A stretch of 64,000 nucleotides of DNA. It comes from a virus. Taxonomy: Duplodnaviria > Caudoviricetes. The stretch's first letter is position 1, and each line of letters starts with the position of its first letter. A program made the translations under genes and the position numbers. Where the stretch lies: the IMG/VR virus record IMGVR_UViG_3300033064_005393, positions 1,249 through 65,248 of that record, one strand, 5' to 3'. The notes under the pieces were generated by a model. The model worked only from the letters and a program-made list of their open reading frames with translations, was not told the origin of the DNA and ran no database searches. Below are positions 56,144 through 64,000 of the stretch, piece after piece.

Positions 56144-59100
56144 ATGCCGAAATCTTATAGAATTAGAACACAACCTGGTGTTGATAAGTCGATACAAGTA
56201 CAAGTAGAACAAGATTTTGATTTTCTTGAAATTCTTTCCTTGAAATTAAGACAGGAAGATGTTTATACTAGATTCTGTGCGGACTATGGTGTTGTTGTTG
56301 GACGAGTTTTTGCTAATGGGGGAACAGGTGTACCGAATGCAAGGATATCTATTTTTATTCCTTTAGACAATTTAGATGTTGAGGATCCGATTATATCGAC
56401 GCTATATCCTTATACTTCTGTTGATCAAAAAAATGAAGATGGTTATAGATATAATCTTCTACCTTATCGTCCATCTTATCGTGGACACTCAGCCACAGGA
56501 ACGTTTCCTGACGTTCAAGATGTATTAACAAGAAGTGAGGTTCTTGAAGTTTACGAAAAATATTACAAATACACCACGAAAACAAATGAGTCAGGTGACT
56601 TTATGATTGTTGGTGTACCTCTTGGACAACAACAAATTTTTATGGATTTGGATTTGTCAGATATGGGTTGTTTTTCATTAAGACCACAGGATTTGATCCG
56701 TACTGGTTTGGGGGTTGTAGAACAATTTGATGGAACACAATTTAGATCATCTCAGGATTTGGCATCACTTCCACAGATCGTAACAAGTGCTGCTGACATC
56801 GATGTGGGTAGTTTTTGGGGTCAGGAAGACTTATGTAATATCGGAATTACAAGACTTGATTTTGATTTGGAGGGTTTGGGTGTAAAGATAGAACCAACTG
56901 CCGTGTTTATGGGTTCTATTTTTTCTTCAGAAGATGCCGATTCAATTAGGAAAAATTGTAAACCCACAAGTGAAGGTGGTAACTTATGTGACTTAATAAC
57001 AGGGGAAGGTACAATTCAATCCATTAGACAAACAATACTTGTTGATGAAAACGGAGACCCTGTATTGGAGGAATTTAAATTAGCTAATGGTGGTAAGATT
57101 ATCGATACTGATGGTGCGTTCTTGGTGGAAGTGCCTATGAATATGGATTATGTTATTACCAATGAATTTGGTGAACAAATTTTATCAAACGACCCGTCAG
57201 TGGGAATTCCAACTACCGGTAAGTACAGATTCAAAGTTAAGTTTCAAGCGGAAGTTGAAAGTGTACCCACACCATTTCAACAATTCTTACCGATTTTAGG
57301 AACGGCACAAAGGGCCAATTTTATCATACCTCAAATCAGAGAATATGGGTGGAGTGGAACTTCTGCAAATCCAGGTATAGATCCTGATTCACTTTCTGAT
57401 TCCGACAGCCCAAATTATAATGTCAACTATACTGCGAATACTCAGTGGCAACAATACAATAAATCGTATTCTTTTTCAGTAGATTGGAATGATTACGCTG
57501 ACAAACCAGCGGCAATTGCCTGTGAGGATTTTTTCTATAAAATGAAATACAACAAGGTTTATACTCCATCTGTTCTAATTGACGAGTATAGAAAAGGTTC
57601 AGGAAGAGCTAAATTCATTGGAATCAAAGAAATAACAGAAAGAAGTTGTCGTACAACAAACAACCCTTTTCCGGTTACAGAAGGATTAAGAAATTTTGAT
57701 TTAATATTCTTTTTGTTCAATATTCTTTTAACAATTTTTACACCTGTAATTTTGTCTTTAATTTTAATTGGTCACATCATTTGTTTCATATGGCCAGTAT
57801 TACGATTTATTTTGAATGTCGTAATAAATGCTGTTATAGGTGTTATTTTCCTTATATGTTTGGCTATAAGGGCAATAACCTTTGGTTTATTAAAACTAAA
57901 ATGTTCTCGAATAAGAACAGTAAATATACCAAAAAATTGTCCGTTAACATCTATACCGTTACCCAATTTATCATATCCAGATTGTGATGCTTGTGATTGT
58001 GAATCAAGACCTGCCGGACAAGCTGAAAATTTACCTGAAGGTGTAGATAACTCGACAGTATTGTTTAATGCCAATCAATACGAATTTTATGACAGATTGA
58101 TCGCACTTGATGGTGATGATGAAATCAAAGAAAGTTGGATGGCAAAATATCAGTATGGTTTTCAATCATCAATGGCTGGATTCGATGATGGTGAAAATAA
58201 CTATGATTTCACAAAGGCTCCATTTATGGATGACGATAGAGATGCTGGTGGAAACCCATTCACAAAATATAAAACTTGGTCTGCCGATTTACCGTTACCT
58301 GAAAGGATGAACTTATTTAACGTAAAGTCAAAGTATCACACCAATGGGGGTTGGAATCAAATTACTGTAAAGGTAAACCCTAACAATCCTTCTAATGCTG
58401 CTTTGTTTCACAAAGATAATGTATTGGCGATTGTTTGTGACCCTGAAACCTTAAATCTTTTTCCTACTGGTCAAATACTGACATTCCAAAATGTTGATAA
58501 TTCTGTTGATCCTAATATTAGTGGATTTACTACAGGATATACAAAAACAGGTACATTTGGAGCAACAGTAGTTAATGCTAACGCATCTAATGTCGGTTTA
58601 GCAGCAACAAGAACATATCAAATTACAGGGACGACAGAAGGTTTGGTTCAGGATGGGACAGGTCAATATATTGTTCAGTATAAATTTCCTTCTGATGTTG
58701 AATACTACCAAGTTATAACGGCTCAGACTGTTTCATCATATACTGATGTGACTCAATCTGTTGGTGGGCCGATGCCATTTGCTGGTACCGAAAGTGCTTA
58801 CAATAATATTTCTAATACAACTCAGAACAATACGTTTATGAGGAGATTCTTATTTGGATATCAAAGAATTAGAAGATTTGGTACAGCAGTAAACGATCCA
58901 TATGAATACCCTGATGATAACACTACAGGTTTTGGTGATACAGGTATGTTTGAACAAAACGGACCTAACTTTCAATTGAATTCAGATTATCGTAATCACA
59001 TTGTTGTTTTCTTGGTTAGGGGTGTTGATATGTACACTGACAGACAAGATATTGAATATGACCTATCTCGTCTTTACGGGTTGTCCAGTGGAGGACCTAA

Positions 59101-61210
59101 GGTTAGAGGTTACTATAAAATGAACGTACCGATACAACCTTACACTTCAGGTACGGATTGGAGATTACCCAGACACAATTTGATACCAAACAACGCTGGT
59201 ACGTCAAATGGATTTTTATTTTTCGGTAGTTACAGTTTTACACCAGGAAGTAACTATCAAAGTTATTTAACTAAAAATCACTTAGATTATTCTTGTTTAG
59301 ATACATCAAACACAAGATTGGGTAATGGAAATAACAATAATTACTCATCTTTATTTAGTTCAACGAACCAATCATTGACCTTAAATAGTTCGGTAACATC
59401 TTGGGATAAAATGATAAATTTTGGATCTCCGTCTAATGATTTCAGAAATGGTTATTCTAATTTAGAAATTATTGAAGGTGGTACGGTGATAATGTCAGAC
59501 GACTCATCCCCAAGTTTGATTGCAAGTGATAATCCTGATAGAAATAATTACAAGTATTTTTCACCAACATATTTTACACAATATCCAACTGATACTTTAC
59601 CAATGACAAGCTCATCCAAAATCGTTATGAGAGCTGAGAGACTGCCAAGTTCAGATGTTAGGGACAGAAGATTTGTTTTACATCAAAATGGTGCATTTGC
59701 GATGTATCAATTGAGTGATGGTGGTGAGTCATCTTTATTGGTCCCAACATATACAACAGGAACTGAAACTAACGGGGATCTATCAGATGATTTTGCAGAA
59801 GACGGAGGAAATGTTGCACAAACTGTTTTAGCGACATTTAATTGTGAAAGTATGGTTCCGTTAAAATGTTACTCAGGAGACGGAGAAAATTTTGACGTAA
59901 GACCGTTGACTGACGATTGTTATTACGTTGGTGATGCTCAACAAGGAGTCACAAAGATGTATAAGGGTTGTTACTACTTACTTCAAAGAAACTTCTTTAT
60001 TGCTGCTGACTTTAACATATTCGCAGAATGGAGACAAAGGTTTAGATTTATGTTTGCACTTTGTAGGGGTGTTGTTTCTTTAACTTTCACTAATAATTGG
60101 ATTAATGGTGGACTTTATATGTATAGTTTCTTCAAAGATGACATTTATAATCAACCATTAAGTGCCACAACATATAATAGTTTACCCACTTACAAATATT
60201 GTAGAAATTGTGTTGCATTTGGTGAAACAAACAACCAATTCTTCTATAGGGCAAGTCCATATAATGAAGGAACAGATCAATTCACAGGTAAACCATCACC
60301 AACTAAAAACGACGGAGATCCATATAGTGCTCAGAATCTTAGACTTTTAGGTAACCCTACAACTTTAATGGACTTAGGACCAAAGGATCAATTGTTAGCT
60401 GAGGTTTGTTTAAGTGGTGATTTTGATGGTTATGTAGCAAACCAAGTTCCGTCTACTACTTATCAAGAAACTGCGGATCTTTTACAATTATTTGCTATAA
60501 GTAGGTTGTCGAATTCAAATCTACTTGAATTATGGACTAGTACAGGTGACTCTTCGATACAAAGTTTATTTAGTAGATCGAAAGACAGATTGGATGGTGA
60601 TATAGTTCAACTACTAAGTATCAATTCAGAGTTAGGTGTTAAACCATATACTGGTGACAATTATGGTGATAGTAATTTGTCATTTACAAATAACCCTGTG
60701 GGACCAACCTTAGGTTTATTTTTCTCAGCAAATACTATTACACGTGATTTAATAACACCTGGGAGAATTACGTTCCAAGATTCTACGACAAGTTATTTAA
60801 TAAATTACTATGGATTCGAAGATCAAACGGTACCATATCAGGCTTGGAAAATAGACCCTGCAGGTGGAACAATTTTCGGTACACAATTAAACGATTGGAG
60901 TGCTAAATACAGTACCGATATTACAGTAATAAAATATCAGAGTGTTGATAGACTATTGGGTGGAAATACATCATCTCAACAACCAACATTCCCATCTGAA
61001 GTAACTACACCTACCACTCAAATTCCTGGATTTATTTATAATACTCAATCTACAGGGGGAATAAATCCGACAATCACACCTAAGAATACTTTGAGTGGTC
61101 CATTACCCGGATCAATGATTACGGGGGCACCTTTCTTCTTCTATTTTGGATTAAGAAGAGGTAAGACTGCTATGAATAAATTTATAACTACTTATCTGAT
61201 AGGTGCATAA
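56144..61210 (+). CDS. Large baseplate-region protein with a prealbumin/CarboxypepD-like N-domain and a hydrophobic hairpin
   Basis: GVVVGRV....G.PNA.I...TNESGDF...GVP.G near the N-terminus; about 65 hydrophobic residues at 57700-57900; many Cys. Confidence 0.65.
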   Translation: MPKSYRIRTQPGVDKSIQVQVEQDFDFLEILSLKLRQEDVYTRFCADYGVVVGRVFANGGTGVPNARISIFIPLDNLDVEDPIISTLYPYTSVDQKNEDGYRYNLLPYRPSYRGHSATGTFPDVQDVLTRSEVLEVYEKYYKYTTKTNESGDFMIVGVPLGQQQIFMDLDLSDMGCFSLRPQDLIRTGLGVVEQFDGTQFRSSQDLASLPQIVTSAADIDVGSFWGQEDLCNIGITRLDFDLEGLGVKIEPTAVFMGSIFSSEDADSIRKNCKPTSEGGNLCDLITGEGTIQSIRQTILVDENGDPVLEEFKLANGGKIIDTDGAFLVEVPMNMDYVITNEFGEQILSNDPSVGIPTTGKYRFKVKFQAEVESVPTPFQQFLPILGTAQRANFIIPQIREYGWSGTSANPGIDPDSLSDSDSPNYNVNYTANTQWQQYNKSYSFSVDWNDYADKPAAIACEDFFYKMKYNKVYTPSVLIDEYRKGSGRAKFIGIKEITERSCRTTNNPFPVTEGLRNFDLIFFLFNILLTIFTPVILSLILIGHIICFIWPVLRFILNVVINAVIGVIFLICLAIRAITFGLLKLKCSRIRTVNIPKNCPLTSIPLPNLSYPDCDACDCESRPAGQAENLPEGVDNSTVLFNANQYEFYDRLIALDGDDEIKESWMAKYQYGFQSSMAGFDDGENNYDFTKAPFMDDDRDAGGNPFTKYKTWSADLPLPERMNLFNVKSKYHTNGGWNQITVKVNPNNPSNAALFHKDNVLAIVCDPETLNLFPTGQILTFQNVDNSVDPNISGFTTGYTKTGTFGATVVNANASNVGLAATRTYQITGTTEGLVQDGTGQYIVQYKFPSDVEYYQVITAQTVSSYTDVTQSVGGPMPFAGTESAYNNISNTTQNNTFMRRFLFGYQRIRRFGTAVNDPYEYPDDNTTGFGDTGMFEQNGPNFQLNSDYRNHIVVFLVRGVDMYTDRQDIEYDLSRLYGLSSGGPKVRGYYKMNVPIQPYTSGTDWRLPRHNLIPNNAGTSNGFLFFGSYSFTPGSNYQSYLTKNHLDYSCLDTSNTRLGNGNNNNYSSLFSSTNQSLTLNSSVTSWDKMINFGSPSNDFRNGYSNLEIIEGGTVIMSDDSSPSLIASDNPDRNNYKYFSPTYFTQYPTDTLPMTSSSKIVMRAERLPSSDVRDRRFVLHQNGAFAMYQLSDGGESSLLVPTYTTGTETNGDLSDDFAEDGGNVAQTVLATFNCESMVPLKCYSGDGENFDVRPLTDDCYYVGDAQQGVTKMYKGCYYLLQRNFFIAADFNIFAEWRQRFRFMFALCRGVVSLTFTNNWINGGLYMYSFFKDDIYNQPLSATTYNSLPTYKYCRNCVAFGETNNQFFYRASPYNEGTDQFTGKPSPTKNDGDPYSAQNLRLLGNPTTLMDLGPKDQLLAEVCLSGDFDGYVANQVPSTTYQETADLLQLFAISRLSNSNLLELWTSTGDSSIQSLFSRSKDRLDGDIVQLLSINSELGVKPYTGDNYGDSNLSFTNNPVGPTLGLFFSANTITRDLITPGRITFQDSTTSYLINYYGFEDQTVPYQAWKIDPAGGTIFGTQLNDWSAKYSTDITVIKYQSVDRLLGGNTSSQQPTFPSEVTTPTTQIPGFIYNTQSTGGINPTITPKNTLSGPLPGSMITGAPFFFYFGLRRGKTAMNKFITTYLIGA

Positions 61211-62910
61211 TGAGTAACACGGATTCTGGTATATTATATATTCCTGGCTCTCTTAGATTTAAGAGTAACACAAACAAATCTTTGTTTGTGCAGGTTCCTT
61301 TGCAAAATGATTTTAGAGAATTTATTGAAGGTGACAGAAGTTCTTTGATAAATCTTGAACAAATTTTTGAGGCAGAAAGACAAGGTAGTTCGAGATTTAG
61401 AGTGGCTGGTAAAATTACTAATATTTTTGATAACACAATAACAGGTAAAACTAATTACACTCCGTTTACCAACTCCCTTTATTACGTTGATGCTGTAAAT
61501 TCTGTCAACACGGGAATTTGGAAAGGTTACCCTCAGTCAAGTGAGTTTTCTTTTTTTAGAACACAAGGAATAAGTGGACATACCACATACATTCCTAAAA
61601 GTGCTGGAACATATAACTATAATGTTTACTTGTCATATAATTATAGTAGTTCCACCACACAAGTTATGAGTTATAGAGACTCAGATTTAGGTGTTAGCGT
61701 TGATAATTTTATTTCAGGTGATGGTATCCCATTTGTTATCCAAAACAATCAATTCGATGGAAAACCATATATCTATTTTTATTGTGCTACTCCACATAAT
61801 TTACAAATAGGTCAGTATGTTGAATTATCCGTAACTTCAAATAATACTAACCTATTTCAAGTTTATGATTTGGGAGATGAAAATTTTGGTTCTGCTGAAA
61901 CGGTTTTTGCTTTGTATGATATTGGTTACACCGCGTTAACAAATAATATAGGTGGAACCTTCAAAAGAATTGTTGATATTCAAAATAGTGGTGAAACAAA
62001 ATCAAAATATTATGTTAGACTACACAAAATTTTAACAACACCTTCACAGTCTGATGTAACCAAAATGGGATTCGAAAATTCTATTTTCGCAAGTCAAAAA
62101 AAATTAGAATATTCTGCGTTGACACCAAACAACATAGAAAGGATATCTCAAAAAAATGACACTCAAAGTTTTTCATTTTCATTTGACGAAGACATAGACA
62201 TAAGTGGACTTTTGGATTCTAATAAAAAACCAATAAAAGAACTTTTTGTAACTGTAATAGAAAAGGGTTATATGGGTTGGTTCAACAAACCATATAACTC
62301 CACATTCTCAAGTGCTATTGATATTGGGTGGTCATTTAACTTTGAAAAGGATATGGTTTCTAACTGGTGGAACCACTCGTCTTATGACAACAAAGATGAT
62401 ATTCCTGTCAGTAGTTATACGATCAATGGTAGAACTTTCTTTTACAATCAGGACCTACCCGTTGGACACGTAATCAAAGGTGATTTTTGTGAATATAATG
62501 AAACTGAACAACAAGAATATGTTCTATCAAAAATGTCACACAAGTTTTCATACAACCCTGATGTTTTTCAGAATAACGACACCCCTGAATTTCCTTCAGG
62601 TTATGCATACCAAACACATTATTCAATTCCGATCAGACAGTATTCAACATATATAGAATCTGCTGAACCTCAAGAAGTTGATAATCTTCCTGATTGGGCG
62701 TATTACTCTCAATATTATGAAGCTTGGTATTGGAGGGATATCTACACATATGGATTTACAGATGCCGATGGATTCGGGGTGGACCTACCATTTATTAACG
62801 GATCCCATTACCCCTTTGCTCAGGTGTTGTTTTTACAAACCCCTGTAATCAAAGACACGAGTATTTATGCACAACTCATAATACAGCCTATAATTGACGA
62901 ATGTGAATAA
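61210..62910 (+). CDS. Putative structural (baseplate) protein
   Basis: Translationally coupled within the baseplate operon; aromatic, beta-rich composition. Confidence 0.65.
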   Translation: MSNTDSGILYIPGSLRFKSNTNKSLFVQVPLQNDFREFIEGDRSSLINLEQIFEAERQGSSRFRVAGKITNIFDNTITGKTNYTPFTNSLYYVDAVNSVNTGIWKGYPQSSEFSFFRTQGISGHTTYIPKSAGTYNYNVYLSYNYSSSTTQVMSYRDSDLGVSVDNFISGDGIPFVIQNNQFDGKPYIYFYCATPHNLQIGQYVELSVTSNNTNLFQVYDLGDENFGSAETVFALYDIGYTALTNNIGGTFKRIVDIQNSGETKSKYYVRLHKILTTPSQSDVTKMGFENSIFASQKKLEYSALTPNNIERISQKNDTQSFSFSFDEDIDISGLLDSNKKPIKELFVTVIEKGYMGWFNKPYNSTFSSAIDIGWSFNFEKDMVSNWWNHSSYDNKDDIPVSSYTINGRTFFYNQDLPVGHVIKGDFCEYNETEQQEYVLSKMSHKFSYNPDVFQNNDTPEFPSGYAYQTHYSIPIRQYSTYIESAEPQEVDNLPDWAYYSQYYEAWYWRDIYTYGFTDADGFGVDLPFINGSHYPFAQVLFLQTPVIKDTSIYAQLIIQPIIDECE

Positions 62911-63724
62911 GTATCGTTTTACTCTTAATCCTAACACTCAACAGATTACGATTCCAATTGATTTGTCTTGGGAAAATGCTGGACGTGGTGATGCGGTCAG
63001 TGCTTATGAATCTGATATAATTTCACAGGTCATCAACCCAATAGATGACTTCGAAGTCACAAGATTTGCACACAGTTTTTGGAACATAGAAAACACCAAA
63101 ACAAATATTAATTACGAGTTTTTCTTTTTTGATGATCAAGATAACCAAGTTACCGCAACGACGGATTGTAGTTTATGGTTGAGTGATTATCAATCAGCAG
63201 GATTCACAGATGACGAAATTTATTATTTTGCCAACTCGTTTAAAAATAGTTTTTTCAAGTTGGATTTTTATGATAACAAACAGACAGAAACTCAAAGACT
63301 TTATTTTACGGTTATTTTACCGACACAACAGGGATTGGTAGAGCCAGGATTTATCGGTAGTGTAGATAACCCAACAGAAGTTTTGGTAAAGTACCCAACT
63401 TATGTTTTAGATTATGTTGGTGACAAAGAAGGTTTCTTTTTGTATTGGTTGAAAGATACGTCTTACTTGGATATCGATACTTTTTATTTTACTGTCAAGT
63501 TTTTTAACGCAAAAACAGGACAATTTGTTCGTATGATGAACCAATGTCAGGGACAACTACCAAACAAATTTAACTTCAATCAATCTGAAAAATTCTACTA
63601 CAAATGTGAGTTGGATTATTCTAACTATGAATATAAAATGTATTCAGAGGCGCCTGGTGGATCAACAACAAGAGTTGGTACGGAAACAAATCCGATAAAA
63701 TGGTACGAATATATTAATCCCTAA
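62894..63724 (+). CDS. Putative structural protein
   Basis: Overlapping coupled ORF in the same operon. Confidence 0.65.
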   Translation: MTNVNKYRFTLNPNTQQITIPIDLSWENAGRGDAVSAYESDIISQVINPIDDFEVTRFAHSFWNIENTKTNINYEFFFFDDQDNQVTATTDCSLWLSDYQSAGFTDDEIYYFANSFKNSFFKLDFYDNKQTETQRLYFTVILPTQQGLVEPGFIGSVDNPTEVLVKYPTYVLDYVGDKEGFFLYWLKDTSYLDIDTFYFTVKFFNAKTGQFVRMMNQCQGQLPNKFNFNQSEKFYYKCELDYSNYEYKMYSEAPGGSTTRVGTETNPIKWYEYINP

Positions 63725-64000
63725 TGGAGCCTATTATCTACAAATATAGAGTATCACCTGAGGTTCTCAAAACGGACATTGTTCAGGTAACCTACGACAA
63801 CGAAACGTTTGGGGTATATTCAGGTATGCCACAGATTTTAAGTGGAGGGACAGGAGGATCAAGTTTACTGACAGGTTTATCTCTAACAATATTGTTCACA
63901 CAAACTTATAATGATTTGGGTTATTATTCACCATTTGATGGACTTATGGTTCAGAAAGATGTTGTAACCAATTTCTTATATTCTGCCGATACAACTGACA
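63724..64000 (+). CDS. Putative structural protein, truncated by the window end; not in the ORF track
   Basis: ATG overlaps the preceding TAA; MEPIIYKYRVSPEVLKTDIVQVTYDNETFGVYSGMPQILSGGTGGSSLLTGLS... stays open to the end. Confidence 0.75.
   Translation, partial: MEPIIYKYRVSPEVLKTDIVQVTYDNETFGVYSGMPQILSGGTGGSSLLTGLSLTILFTQTYNDLGYYSPFDGLMVQKDVVTNFLYSADTTD

Noticed and set aside
2834-61436. Many short ORFs nested in or antisense to long genes (e.g. 9305-9616, 11548-11919, 32403-32798, 39667-40065, 42820-43167)
   Set aside because: Fully overlapped by well-supported genes, with no motifs or initiation context; expected from codon bias.
1-64000. Stop-codon reassignment as in some jumbo phages
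   Set aside because: Conserved genes are full length and tightly packed in the standard code.
1-64000. tRNA genes, CRISPR arrays, IS elements
   Set aside because: Intergenic gaps are short and AT-rich; I saw no cloverleaf, repeat-spacer array or transposase.

Overview
AT-rich, densely coding segment of a large T4-like myovirus (jumbo-phage type) genome, read in the standard code. The host is probably Bacteroidota (Flavobacteriia-like ribonucleotide reductase and HAD genes, no Shine-Dalgarno motifs). Left to right: a sugar-nucleotide/glycosyltransferase cluster with phoH, dUTPase and a 3'-5' exonuclease (1-9.8 kb); small putative head/internal proteins including a stand-alone WYL domain; family B DNA polymerase; neck proteins; a superoxide dismutase fused to a PD-(D/E)xK-like domain; an SNF2 helicase; the tail module (terminator, sheath, tube, chaperone, tape measure, large baseplate proteins); a replication block (SSB, RecA, 5'-3' exonuclease, helicase, ATP-cone NrdB, NrdA); and more baseplate genes. 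The strongest unexplained signals are: (1) a (S/T)-G-x-(T/S) motif concentrated in virion proteins in a genome carrying its own glycosylation cluster, a candidate virion O-glycosylation system with its own sequon; (2) a probable +1 programmed frameshift (TTT TTT CGG) in the tail/hub chaperone gene; (3) shared hydrophobic-x-Glu pro-peptides on SOD-nuclease, WYL and HAD proteins, suggesting virion-packaged cargo; (4) a TATTTAT motif before nearly all late genes; (5) apparent absence of CATG. All counts were made by eye and all product calls come from motif recognition, not database searches.
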